A stretch of 63,582 bases of DNA, filler included, from Hyphochytrium catenoides (lineage: Eukaryota; Protista; Hyphochytriomycota), in NCBI GenBank assembly GCA_900088475.1. It is 5 parts of 5 records of this genome, joined end to end, with 100 filler letters (N's around TTAATTAATTAA, not from the genome) between each part and the next. Parts side by side here need not be neighbours in the genome. Positions count along the whole stretch, not along the records: positions 1 to 12,536 come from FLMG01004611.1; 4 more parts are not named here. One strand, 5' to 3'. Of this stretch, positions 1 to 12,636 are shown piece by piece. A program made the position numbers and the translations under genes. The notes under the pieces are model-generated. The model ran no database searches, was not told the DNA's origin, and saw only the letters and a program-made list of their open reading frames with translations. How positions within the stretch are numbered: the stretch's first letter is position 1; each line of letters opens with the position of its first letter.

Positions 1-144
1 CGCAAAAGCTTTCTTCTTCTCCTTCCGCTCCTTCTTCATGGTGCCAAAATTTCCTTTGTAAAGATTTGCTTTTGAAAGTACAGCATTCTCTTGCCATAAT
101 AACCCTTCCACTTCTGCTGTCTTCTGAACAGATGGGGCACTCAT
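1..144 (-). CDS. Possible 5' start of a hypothetical protein running off the window edge (MSAPSVQKTAEVEGLLWQENAVLSKANLYKGNFGTMKKERKEKKKAFA...)
   Basis: ATG at 144-142 opens a frame that stays open to position 1. No recognisable motif. Confidence 0.25.
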   Translation of the reverse strand, partial: MSAPSVQKTAEVEGLLWQENAVLSKANLYKGNFGTMKKERKEKKKAFA

Positions 145-2080
145 GTTGGGAAAGACTGGGAAGTCAAAATTGAAAGAGACAGACGGTGACTACATTCTAT
201 TCTATTATTATGGGCAGCTGTAGTTCTTGCTCCACTCCCAAGTCAAACAGGTGGAAGGTGTAAAGTGAAGTAGTGGTTGCTAACCCTGATTCCCAAGTAA
301 TAGTGACTGAGATTGTACATAGTAATACAGGCCTGTTGTGTGCTGCTCAAAGCACTGACTCTGTGCGGAGTGAGGTGTGGGTTCAGCAACCTACAGGAGT
401 TTGGCATCGAACCTTACTTCATGGTACAAATGTACGGCTTAGAAAGAACTTTCTGTTGATAGGCATATTCAATTGAAGAATGGAGACAGGCTCAAGTCCC
501 TAAGCAACCTTTGGGAGTGTCTTTCCTTAACCCCATGCAGAATAAGCAGTGGCCAACTCTTTCCTTTTCCCCAGTTTCAGGGAGGAATGGGACACAGAAA
601 GACTTTTGCTAGAATATTCATCCGCCTCCGCAACTCCAGCAGAAAGGCCCTAAGGGATAGCCCCGTTGACTCTGCGTATCCGACGTACCAAGATAGAATA
701 ATCAACAAGATCAAGTTCTGTCGTGAGGGTGCCTACCCCCAAGGTGCAACGCCCTTCACCATTTTTATCTCTGATGTGCTGCAACTACTAGGAAATAAGA
801 CAGCCCCATTTCCTGGATGGTGAATCAAACCTGAGTGCTCTACGAAGAAGACAGTACATGAAATCTTCGAAAGTTACGGAGGTCCAAAGCTTCAAGATTC
901 TTCTGTACAAATTTTTGGAGGAGAGACAATGAAAGCTTACGGCGGGTCCGAATCTTTGGGCAACTTTGGTCCCTAGGAGCCGAAGAGACTAAGGAACATC
1001 AGGAAGGAGCATCCAGGCTCGATGAGGTTTATCTACCCAAGCAGAAATTTCCATAGATTTTTATACTCTGAGTCGTTTTGGTGCTTGTCGCAAGGCGGTA
1101 GACTGTCTAACAAGGGGGTAGATCTTGCACGAGGTAGAATAAGCGCCTTGTAGATACAGAGGAATACAAAGTGGAGGCACTCACCCTAGTCTGATTGACG
1201 TACTTCACTGAAGGAACAGCATAAAGGTGAAAGAACTGATGAAGAGCCTTTGCTAATAGTTGTTATTAGGAGAAGAGGCAGGATATAGAAGACATCGAGC
1301 CAACGGCGCAACACGTAGAGACAGAGTGCTGCTAGATATTTAGGGATGGTTTCGCAGGCTTTAAATACCAAGAAATTGAGTAGACAGAGTGGAGGAGAGA
1401 TTTGTGATGTCGGCTCCACCATCGTTCTTGTCAGAAAAAGGAAGAGTTGTGCGAAGGGTTTCTCAAGTCGCGTCACAGGCAGTCAGCAGTACATTGGGCT
1501 TCACTTTTTATCTTTTGGTCAACTCTGCTAGCTCTCTGCTCCTTCACTAGAGTTGTGAGCCTCTGCACAATCTGCTATACCAGTTACGCAGCGGACTCAC
1601 AAAGAACCCTGCACCAGCTTGCGAGTCTATTGCACCGCCTTTATAAAAAAGTTCGTTGGGCTGCCATCGCTTCTATTGTCGAGCTCCGACACATTCCATC
1701 CGTCTCAGATTGGGAAGTGCACCCGTTATAGAAGAAACTTAGTAAGTCTGGAAATCTTCCCTCAGTCAAGATTGAAGAGCAACTGGGAGGATCATAGCAA
1801 TCCAGAGGGCCATTTTGATAAAATAGCAAAGAATCGCCTCTGCAAAGAGCCACGCTACCGATAGCAAAGAGGTCTATCAGTTGGCAGAAGGCAGAGGCGT
1901 CAAGAGCTCAATTCTTCTCTGGACCAAGCCCCTGAACAAGATCGCCTCTCGTTGCTTGTAGAAGGAAGGCTGAGCTGTCTGCAACTGTGGGCTACGACAT
2001 TAGCCATCAGAAGATAAAGTTCGATGTTTGCCATGGTCGGCAGATGATCAGAGTGTAATTGCCTAGCTATATCGGACAAA

Positions 2081-2683
2081 ATGGCGGCAATCGGCTCATT
2101 GCTTATGATCCGGCAGTCTGAACCTCAGGCCTCATGTTATCGCATTGGGAGCAAGCAGAATGGCCACAGCAATAAGGATAAGGCTCAACGAGCATCACTC
2201 GAGAGCAATCCATATAGTGAAAGAGATCGATCTTTAGCGACGAAGGCGAACTTTTTGGCCCGACGTCGGCGGCATTCCTTTACATTTCCTCCAGTAACGT
2301 CTACCTCTACGTGGTCAAGCATTTATTATCTGAACGGTGGCGGAAGGGACTGTCCTGTTGAGGATGACGAAGACGCACTTTATGGCAATATCGCCTTTCT
2401 AGGTGGATGCGAACGCAATTCGACTAGCTCCTGTAATGGCGGCAAAGACAACTTATCCCCGTCATCGAAAAGCAAACTTCCTCCCAGAGTTCCGTCCTTC
2501 CCTCGAGGCAACTCGAAGCGTGGCAAGCTGCGCTCAAGTACGGTCAGCTTTGGTGAGGATGTGGAGGTCATCACCATACCAAGTTGTACGTCATACGATG
2601 ACAGCACGAAAAAGTCGATGTGGTACACGTCTGAAGAATTTGAGCAGATGGTCACGGCCTCCAAGCTTTCCAGACAACCATGA
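2081..2683 (+). CDS. Hypothetical 200-aa, mostly disordered protein with C-terminal VxF-x3-VxV-xx-IP-x4-Y...WY-x3-E motif (candidate PP1-docking protein)
   Basis: Intact intronless ATG-TGA ORF. C-terminus KLRSSTVSFGEDVEVITIPSCTSYDDSTKKSMWYTSEEF resembles an RVxF-like plus phi-phi PP1-binding module. RRRRHSF is a basophilic kinase site. Confidence 0.6.
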   Translation: MAAIGSLLMIRQSEPQASCYRIGSKQNGHSNKDKAQRASLESNPYSERDRSLATKANFLARRRRHSFTFPPVTSTSTWSSIYYLNGGGRDCPVEDDEDALYGNIAFLGGCERNSTSSCNGGKDNLSPSSKSKLPPRVPSFPRGNSKRGKLRSSTVSFGEDVEVITIPSCTSYDDSTKKSMWYTSEEFEQMVTASKLSRQP

Positions 2684-3615
2684 GTCACGTGACGATGAGC
2701 TCGTTTGGATGTCATCATGTACATCACATGTAGTACACAGTAGCTCTTGTACATTGTTTCCCCTGAACATACTTACCCCATTCCTGTCTTGTGTATAGTC
2801 TCCTTGCCAGGCCCTTACACGGCCTAGCACTTTTGTCCTTGCTACATAGCTCACCAAGTTAATGAACTCGTTGCTCAACATGAACACTTTGTTATATCTC
2901 AAGAAGCATATCAGTGACCGTGCGCTCAGTGATAGCTGATAAAGCTGAAGGGATAAGCTGCAGCTTTTGCACTGTAGCAGTGAATGAGCTGGGTCTGTCC
3001 CTCTGTATGGGGTAGTAGAGACAGAGATACTTTTGTTGTGTCTGAGCTCTTTTCGGACACTCCCATACCATTTTCATGAAGCTCGTCGGTTCGGGACACA
3101 ATACTGGGACGAAGACACAAGTGCGTACCGCGTAGTAGCTGTAGTTCGGCAATGACTGTGAGGACGTACGGCTGTCCTCGTACTGTAGAGCTTTGTTATC
3201 GGAACTGTGTCGGTATTTTCGGAGTTCGGTTGAGGCAGAATCAGTTTGAGCTTTGTTCAAAGGACAATGAGACAACCGCAGAAATTTCAGAGATTGACCG
3301 TCTAGTAACGCCTCTTTCAATCGTTGCGTCTACAGTCTGACAAGCTTTTCTCAGCCAAAGTCGTTGGTCGTGGCTCCGTACAGCTAAACGGGAGCCCTCA
3401 CTTGTCCTGGTTAGTAGTGCCGGTTGATAAGTAGTAGTAGCCTCTCAGTCATGACATGCGAGAGACACTTGCAAGAGCAGTCTCTCTTCTGAGCAGATGT
3501 GACCGGTAGGACATAGTGGCAACTATGGCTCCTTCGCTACCGCAGCCCATGAATGAGTCTTTGAGGCAATAGCAGATACAGAACCTGTCGGAGCTTGAAT
3601 CAGACACTGCGGACA

Positions 3616-6600
3616 ATGCCGTCTTTTAAGCTCTTTGGCTACAAGTGGAGGCTGGGATCTGACGACTTCAGCCTGCCGGCTGTCGTGGGGGTAGGGCTTC
3701 AGGTGCCTCCACTCGTTATTATTTTATTGCAAGACATCCGGAGCAGAACCTGCTTTGAGATAACAGGGAGTCTGGAGTATGAGCCGTCATTCATACTATT
3801 GCAGGTACGGCCAGGCTCGATGATTAAGGCAGCGGGTGCAGAGGAAATGGGAGAGATGGAACAGCAATTGATAGACAGATAGAAATGTGAAAGGGAAGAC
3901 AACCGCCATATGACCCTCACGTCTATCTTTGTAGACTACAGCCGCGCTCCTTGCTGCAAGCGTGATCCTTCATCTGCTGACAGGCTACTATGCCACTCTG
4001 GGTACCATAGTTGACGACACGCCTCGGAAGCCCATCAAAGGCCTGGTCGCTCTGCTCATACTGGCAACTGCTGCAGAGTTTGGATGCATCATTTGGTTTC
4101 TGGTGATCTTATTAACAAAGATTTATTGTGACGTTGACTATGCAGCCATGATGGTATGTCGGATCACTTCGCCTCCACTTCTACTCTCACTATCGGGCTC
4201 TACAGTCCTGGATGCCGGACAGGACACTCCATTCTGGAGGCCTTTCTAGGCCAGAGGGTCTAGTCCAGACACCTTTGTGACTTTGGTGCCGTCCCTTTCT
4301 AGTTATGTACTGACGATATGATCTATAACAGATTGTCTATCCTGTCATCGGCGCCTACATTGGAATCGTAGTTGCCTTTCTAGCTGTGATGGTGAACCCT
4401 AAGCACTATAAGGCCCATCACTCGCGCTACGGTAGGGTCTCGCGCCATATGCGCTGGTTCTCTACGCGTTAATCTTCCCACAGCGATTTGAACGCTTTTT
4501 GTTTAAACAGCTACCTAGGGCCGTATGGTCCCTGTCACCTGAACCTCACGACATGGAAGCCTTGTATTGCTAGAGTCTCAACATGTGCTAACCTGGTCCC
4601 ATTTCCTATCTCCTAGCCCTTCATCTCAACGAACGGCTGTTAGAGACAAGCCCAGACCTAGAGGAGGAGGAGCCCACGCTGGACGATGATCTGCTAAAAG
4701 AAGATAGAGAGTTCTGGAGGAAAGGCTGCACAACTTGTTGTTTTCTGGCAAAGTATACAACCTGCAACTTGTTTGGCGGAGGACAGATGGAGAATGATCA
4801 GATTGCTCTGGTGGCACAGGTACGTCGGGATTCGGTAGCAGATAAGTCCCAAGGTGGTGAGGCTATTGCTTACACGCATGCCTTTCTAGACTGTTGCGAA
4901 GCTCTTCTTCGGTGGCAGTCTGGATCTAGTCGCTTCGGATATCGCAGCGGGCTTTGTCCTGCTCTCAGTTTTTCAGAAAAGACAGGATGACTTGGCCATT
5001 CTTATGGATGGAGAGGGCGGGGGCCTCAACCCCGAGGTAAGACAGTGACCCTCTTATTCGGCGTGGAGGCAAATCCTAACCACTCTATGTGGTCATCCAG
5101 GAGATACCTATACTTTCAAGTCGGCGAAATCTTAGTGGCCGAGAGCTTGATCTTGAGACTGGAGTACCATCCACCTCCCCTCTTTCACCGTTTCCATCGT
5201 CGTTTGTTGGAGAAACAGCCTATTCTGATAGAATAAGCCGAGACCTCCAATTTGCCGTATTAGAAAGTGCCCATTACCTTTACTATGCTGTTGGCATCTA
5301 TGGTTGGATGCTCTATGTCTGGGCTCGTCCTTGTCAAGGGGCTTGCGAGCTCACATCTGGTTTCCGCCGGATTCGTCACGGCACAGAAGAGATCCACGGC
5401 GGAAACTTTGAACGGCTCAACAAGGTGAGAGAGACAGGACCAAATGGTGATATGTGGTCGCTTGTGGAAGTTTGTTCTGCAAAGTTTGCAAAATGCTGCG
5501 CTCCCAGGTTTATACCGTTGATGCTCAATCGTACCGGCTGTCCTTTGGCTCTTTCATTCCAGGCTGCATTCCTAGGAGAGACTAATGTGGACGAGGAGGA
5601 CATCGTCTTCATGTCAACAGTCGATGCGGTGTGCAAGCCTCCCTTCTGTGTCATTCTAGACCACAAGCGCCGAAGCGTGGTTCTCGCGATAAGGTTCGTC
5701 CCATATACTGCGAGACGTGTGTAACCTCTACCTACACGGAGTAGCTGGCGGCCTTGGTGCTGTCATCGTAGCATCTTCTTTTTCAGATGCATCCCGCAGA
5801 AGTTTTGAGCGCGTCGATCTCCTATCACGACAATCTATGGGCTTAGCTGGACTTGTGTCTCACCCCTCTCCTGTCGTGATCCTTTTTGCGTTATAGAGGG
5901 ACTCTTTCCTTTGAAGATTGTCTAACAGATGCCTTAGCGGAACACCGTGAGCTTGGTGAGATGGCAGCGAAATGGGGCTTTGACCAAAAGGACGGCTACG
6001 CTCATCATGTAAGGAGCAAAATTCTTGATGTGTTCCCCGTACCTAGTCTAGCGGTCTTTCGGCGGGCTTGGCTTTGTCTTGCACCACTTCTAAGCTTATC
6101 TTTTCCCTAACCCTCTCGTCCTGGTCCTGTTAGGGTATGCTGTTGGCAGCGGATTATGTAGCTAGCACATTGAAGGCTGGGCAAATTTTAGAAGTGCTTC
6201 TCAAGGTAAACAGTAGCTCTGTCTCGTCCGGGCTGCCGGTTTAAGAGCTCCATTAAGAGGAGACACTAATATGGGCCCAGAGAAACAGTGGACAGCTGGC
6301 TGGTTAGAATGTAGATACGCATCGGGCCCGCGGAGTACAGCTGCTGGCCGACGCCACGGGACTTGTACTAACTTCCTTCTCTATCAGGGGAGGTCTCCGG
6401 AGGGCTCATACTTCGAGGGCCGTTACGTCAACAGATGTGAAGGCTATAAATTGAGAGTTTGTGGGCACTCGTTAGGTGCAGGTAAGCGTCGGTTTGTCAT
6501 CCAGAACAAAGAACGCAGATGAAGGCTTCGCGGTCACATTAAAGAATGGCCAGAGAGGGAGACAAAAGCCGCTTGGCAGTTAATAAGTCTGTTCTGAAGG

Positions 6601-8164
6601 GACTCACTCGTTCTTGAGCAGGGACTGCAGTCCTCGTGTCTCTGATGTTAAGGCAAGAATATCCGGACGTGCACTGCTTTGCTTACGCATGTCCGGGTGC
6701 CGTTCTATCATGGGAGGCTGCAGAGCAAACTGCCTCATTTACCACCTGTGTTGTCCTCAATTCTGATATGATTTCCAGGTTAGGTAGTTTTTTGCTTAAC
6801 CTATCGATGCGGCGATTCGCACTGCAACTGATACTTCCTTCCTTTTTGTTGAATGAATATTTCCACCTTCCCGTCGGCCTTCGTTGCCTGTCATGCAGAC
6901 CCTTCCCTCGTCATTGCTTTGCTTCCTCAACTTCAGCTTTACTGTTCGGTCCCCGTCTCTCTCTTAGTCGCCGATCCATGAACGCTGCCTTTCAGACATA
7001 GCTCAGCGCTCGCTGCCTTGAGTCACTCACACTCTCTCTCAATGTTCTGCAGGTCGTCAATGTTTGCGGCCTTGCACCTCCGAAATCAGGTCTTGGACAT
7101 GATATCAAGGTTCGATAGTAGACTTGATAAGGGTGGACAACCTCTCATTGTTTATTACGCACTCAGGTCGAAGGTTAATAAGCAGACAATACTTCAACAC
7201 CTGATAATGCAGAGCAGGCATCATGATGACCTTCTCTATCCAATGGGCCAGACGCCCCGATCTCAGTATCAACAAGGTCTTTTGCAGTACAGGTATGGCA
7301 GTCTCTTCTGACTCGTCTGTTCAGTGCTGGTCTTTAAATCGCATGCCGCACGTCTTTTCCTCCCGAGATTGAACATAGCCGCTTGGGTTTGTCCCTAACG
7401 AGAGCGTAGGCGAAAGATGATTCTGTTTCAACTGCTTCGGGTATACTCTCGCTAACAGTTTGCCTCTCCCTACCTCCACCCTTTCTCAGGGAGTATGTGG
7501 ACCGATTAGAACAAAGATCGCCAACGAAGCAGGTGAGGGATAACTTTATATGACTGGAGAGAGTTTAGTTCCTAGGGCTCGGTTCTGGTCTATCAAATCT
7601 GCACGCCATAACACTTCGGCCGCTTGGTTTGCTCTTGTTCCATTCATTAGTGACTTTGAGCTGACGCTCCGTACTCCTACTTATGGTCCATAAATACTAC
7701 GGCATGGCACAGCTGCTCTCCATCTAACTCATACGTTTCACCCTTCAAAGATGTATATCTGCGGTCGTATTGTCCACCTCGTCCTGGAAAAGCCTTCTGC
7801 CCTGAGATTGTGGTCCTGCTGTATGGGAAGAGATAAGTACTTCGCAAGATGGGCGACGAGAAGGGAGTTCAAGGAGATCAAGGTGGGATCAAACTTAAAG
7901 TTATCGACATCGTCTCTGGCATATATGCTTGTTCTGTGGTCTCCCTCTTCCCTGAATGGACAAGACAACTGGACTAACTCAATGATCAGATATCTACCTC
8001 AATGATCTCAGACCACTTTCCAGACAAGCTTCATTACGTTATGCAGGTAGGTGACAGTCACCAAGAGAGGCTTCTCGTCCATATCTGGGGAAGTAAACAG
8101 TGCCTCTCTTCTTCCGACACTGTAGAATCTGAGGAAGGAGATGGAGACGGGCTGCACTATCTGA
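3616..8164 (+). CDS. DAGL: sn1-specific diacylglycerol lipase alpha/beta-like (N-terminal TM segments + Lipase_3 domain), multi-exon
   Basis: N-terminus MPSFKLFGYKWRLGSDDFSLPA matches the DAGL start (MPGxxxFxRRWxxxSDDxxxP). Also: hydrophobic exons at 3962-4380; HYLYYAVGIYGW; PFCVILDHKRRSVVLAIR|GTLSFEDCLTD; nucleophile motif VCGHSLGAG (~6460); NSDMISR (Asp); SDHFPDK (His). GT-AG introns. Last exon NLRKEMETGCTI* at 8126-8164. Confidence 0.9.
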
Positions 8165-8388
8165 GAGGAGAGCACTAAGCGGGAAAGATGACAGAAGAAT
8201 ACCTGCCTTTAGAAGTGATATTTTGCACAAAATTAGAGCAACAGTCGCATGCATTTACAATGCTTCAACAAAATTTTTCTTGAAAAGGGAATGTTGGGAC
8301 ACCTTCTACGCTCTCTCCTTCCTTATCCTACAGCAGGAAATTGTCGCCTGGAAGTCTCTGCTTCTGGATTGCACAAAGAGCTTTCCTC

Positions 8389-10197
8389 TTACGTAGAGCA
8401 GCAATTCGTCATGCTGATTGGTGTTGGTGAATAGGTGACCAAGACATCTACAACCACCCTCTTATAGCGAGTGTTGGTCACGTAGAGTCCCAACGGAGTG
8501 TTGGTCACACCAGAGATGTTTAAGGAGCGGACCGTCCTGCTTTTATCATCCACTGCCTTGCTCTCCTCGTAACAATACTTTAAATCGCGGTACAGAGCAC
8601 AACGCGATGATCCAGAAGTCTTCAGGGATGCCCCGAGGTCTTCAAAAATCCAGGTCTTTCTCTCTTGATCTAGTAACTTCAGTCCTATTGCCGTTGCGCT
8701 TGTGGTTTTTAAAAAGAAATGGACATCTCTTCTACAGACTGGAACATTTCCCACTAATGCCCAGCGCTGGCTACCCTCTAGCGCAAGGGAAAGGAATTCT
8801 TCTCCTCCCTTTGCCAAGCACTTACTCCCATCAAAGAAAGGAGAGGCATCTGCATAATGAAAGAGACGCAGCGGATTGTTAGGACAAAGAGTAAGAGCCC
8901 ATAATCAGAACTATGCCTTGTCATGGCCCATCGATGGACAAAGTAGTCACGTGACAGGGTACGCAACTTATGAGGGCCCTCTTTACAGAACGAGAGAAAG
9001 TGGGAATGAGAGGGGAAGACGGAATGCAAGGGTACTATTAGCAAAAGAGGTTCGCTTTTCAAACCTTCGTCTGCCTCTGGGTGTTCAGTTAGAGGACTCT
9101 GGGACATGGGAGGTGTTGGTGACGGAGTAGCTAGGGCAGTGGGTGTCATACCGGTGGTTGGAGAGGGAGAAGGGGAGACTGACCAGCTGGCGGAAGAGGG
9201 CGATGGATCTAGTGAGATAGGGCTGCTTGTTGTAGGGGAAGTTGAGGAGTCCGGAGAAGGGAGTTCCGAGGAAGAGGAAGGAGATGCTGAGGTAATGTTG
9301 GACAGAGCGCTTGAAGGCGTTGAAAGAGGACGTGGGATTGGGGTCGTGGCTGAGTCGATTGCCGGAATAGGGGACATGGAGGGATTGAGCGGAGAAGGAG
9401 CAAGAGATGGAGGCGATTGCGGGAGAGGAAGTGTCGGAGTCTCAGGCCTATTGCTCGGTGCCAACAATGGTGGTGGAGGGGATGCTGGGGCTTGGTCAAG
9501 CCCCTCAGTGGTTTCCCTTTGCAAGGCAAGTGTTAGCCAGCTATTTGGTCATGAGCTAAGGAAGGGGGGAGAAAGACCACTTGGATGCGTAAGAAGGGAG
9601 TTTCTAGTTTAGACCGGGGAGACAGAGCCATGCCAGAGATGAAGAAAAGAGCGCGCGGCTAGACGGTATAGATGTAGTCTCACTAATAGCTTTGATAGCT
9701 AAAGAGAAGCCAAAGCACAGCAGCCAGTGAGAGAGACAAGCTTACCTCTTATCCATGTCTTCAACTCTTTTCCTCCAAAATGCCGCTGCTTGGTTGTCTC
9801 TCTCCCAACATATGAGTCTGTCACCTTGGAGGATGGAGCCCACCCAGGTCTCTGAGAAGCCTTCGATGTCTAGAATGAGATCATCATTGCCATAAAAATA
9901 TCCTCGACTGTCTGGGAAGATTGAGACCTCCGGAAAAGAGACAGTAAAAGCTGTTCCTTTCTTCGAAGTCTCGGCTGCTTGCTCTCCATCCTGGACAATC
10001 TTGATATTCTGAGCCCCATCAAACCAGACGCCTGTCAGATTAACCTTGCTCGGCAGATCCAAGAAGTCAGTGAAGCTACTCAGCTGCGAGCAGGGAACGC
10101 CCTTGAGAGGTATGAAGCTAGCTTCCCCCAGCGGGAAGGACACGCCAAGGGTGAGAGAGAGCAGCCAAAACGTCCATTGTAGAGCGATAGCGTCCAT
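8389..10197 (-). CDS. Secreted protein, ~454 aa: signal peptide, globular domain, ~150-aa Pro/Ser/Thr linker, Cys-containing C-terminal domain. Exons 10197-9746, 9516-9065, 8849-8389
   Basis: Signal-like MDAIALQWTFWLLSLTLGVSFPLGEA. Three ORF-track fragments are joined by GT-AG introns with matching phases (2, then 1), with CTAAC before the first acceptor. Confidence 0.7.
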
Positions 10198-11985
10198 AAA
10201 TGACAAGACGATAAAGCCTACGGTGACTGCCTCATGTGGTAAGCCAGTTTGTTTTCTATTCCCCTTCTCTCTTTCTCCTGTTGACCTTGCCTGTCAATAG
10301 GTGTAGAAGCCGCTCAGCATCCCGCCCTTCGCTGACCCGACTTCATCTAGAATGCTCATCCCTCGAGACCGGCACCATTCACGGCAAGAGGCGTCGCACA
10401 ACCAGCAGGAAGAGCACCTGCGAGACCACTGATTCTCCTCTCTCTTCTGCTGCATCTTCTTCTTCCTCTATCCTTAGAAGCGGAGCCGTGGAATCAGTAC
10501 CTGCCGCTGGAACATCTTTTCCCTGCCCCATCTGAGGCAAGCTTCAGGTACTATGCCTGTGAACAGAGATGGCAGGCGTTACAATCGACACCAGAATCCC
10601 AAATCTGACAGAAAGCTGATATTTTACCTGGCTCATGACCCGGATAACAGTCTAGAGAATAACGTCTTTTCAAAAGTCATCATTTGGAATGTCTGTGAGA
10701 GTTTTGGTTAATTGACAATTCTACAGTAAGCCACACAGTACAAGAGTATGCGGTTGTGGTTTCAGCCGTGTTCTACTCTTGTCGTCCGATGAACTGTTTG
10801 TGGCCCAAAAGTTCGTTGCAGCTCCTCCTGCTGTGCGTTCCATCCTCCCTCATGATCCTTTTCCACTCTCCTCCTGATCCTCCCTTCTTCTCTGTCCTTC
10901 CTGGGCTTGACTTTGTTCTCAGCACACCGAAGGGCTCATGGGTTTAACCTCTTTCCCTGTCATTTATTCTGATTCCTCTTTTCTTCTTCAGAACCTCATT
11001 GTTGTTTCTTTTGTCTCCTCCAGTTTCGTCGGTTCTGTTTCTCTCTCTTGGCTTCCTCCTTGGCTCATTCAACTGCTTTTGGGTCTCCGCAGCCTTCTGT
11101 TTGACTATCGTGCTTGTACCTTTTTGGTCTTTCCAACGTGGAACAGTCTCTGGCCACGATGCGACTTGGGGGGGAAGGGGGGAAGGGGGGATGTAGAATT
11201 CGACTTAGTTAAAAAGCTGCTGCACCATGTCCCAAGGTTTGAAGTTCACTCCTCAACACTGCCTGGAACATGGACACCAGTAAGAGACAATTAAGACACC
11301 ATTCTTTTTTTTATAGGAACCCCCACCCCGTCTATTGCTGAAGAACAGAATTTGGAACAAATGTATTGCCGTTTCTCGGAGCCTAGCGATAAGGGAGTGG
11401 ACCAGGCTTAGGGTAGCTAAGTCGACGCTCTTATTGTGGTTACGTGCTGTCCTGGTGGTGCGCTTATGCAATACTGCAGCTGCAAGCCCACCATGGTCCT
11501 ACCGATCCTGGCTACAGTGAGAAGAGGTCCCAATCGTCAGTGACATAACATCGGGAGGAGGAGTGACACTTTGGAATGTCTCCATAAGTGAGAAGAGAGA
11601 CTCGAGAGTGAGATCCGACAAACCCATCACTTGAAGACTGTGACAGAATAGAGAGATCTTGGTAAAGGCCATCAGGGATAGAGCATCCTCTTGGGTGCGT
11701 TTCAGTTTGTCAGTATATCTGCGGCCAATCTGCTTCTTCACTTTGCACAGAGATACCCATCCCTCCGCCTCTGCCTTCATGCCTATCAACAATGGGTCAG
11801 TGAGCTGATTTTTGCTCACCGGTGTCGTGGCATGGCATGCCGGAGCAAATGTAGCGTCGATCGCCATTCATACTCGCTCCTGTTGACTACCGGCAAGAGC
11901 TCTTGTCATATAATGATATTAGCAAACAACAAATGTCACGACCGTGGGTTGTTCTTGATCCCTCGTTGCCAAAAGAAGCATCCTG

Positions 11986-12104
11986 ATTGGCCAATGGTAT
12001 AGCTGTCACCCAATCCTGAGTGGCCAGACGGGAGCATGAGCCAATCAGCTTGAGCCATCGATGACCATTATCTTTCAATTAATTCGCAAAGAATTCGTTA
12101 TTGG
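11986..12104. promoter_or_regulatory. Cluster of five CCAAT/ATTGG boxes (possible NF-Y promoter)
   Basis: ATTGG at 11986, CCAAT at 11991, 12010 and 12041, ATTGG at 12100. No target gene confidently identified. Confidence 0.3.
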
Positions 12105-12536
12105 CTACCTGTAGTAAAATTAGGGAGGAGAAGGCTGAAAGGTTCAAATGCAACACTGAAACATATCAATCACTGTGACACTTGATGGGCTATGGTGGGC
12201 TCTTTCCATTCCTACTGTACTGATTTACCTCTAATAACCTACCTCTCTCCTCCGGAGCCAAGCGGATCGCACCATAATAACAGAGATGAATAAGTATGGT
12301 CATGGACGTACTAGTCAACGCCAGAGGTCCTTAACACGTAATGGGTGGGCACGATTGTCGAATGTTCTTGGTATCTCTTATACATGGACTTCCTTGGCAG
12401 TGAAAGAGCTTTGGGGCATACCTTACAGCGTCACACAGTATCTGTCTCCTTGATTCTTAGAAGAGGCTTGTCAATACTCAGTGCTGACTATGGTGAAGAC
12501 AACTGAATAAAGGTGTGGTTTCTAGGTATTTTTTGT

Positions 12537-12636
12537 NNNNNNNNNNNNNNNNNNNNNNNNNNNNNNNNNNNNNNNNNNNNTTAATTAATTAANNNNNNNN
12601 NNNNNNNNNNNNNNNNNNNNNNNNNNNNNNNNNNNN
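12537..12636. other. Artificial contig-joining spacer (N44-TTAATTAATTAA-N44)
   Basis: Identical 100-nt linker with stops in all six frames, present four times. Confidence 0.98.

Noticed and set aside
473-1900. Possible decayed LINE RT (PQGATPFTIFISD)
   Set aside because: One weak motif, with no YxDD or other RT block in register.
9106-9612. Gly/Glu-rich plus-strand ORF
   Set aside because: Antisense shadow of the Pro/Ser/Thr linker exon.
11253-11867. Minus-strand ORFs faintly like a transposase remnant (HSLQVMGLSD)
   Set aside because: No DDE motifs recoverable and the frame is interrupted by a stop.
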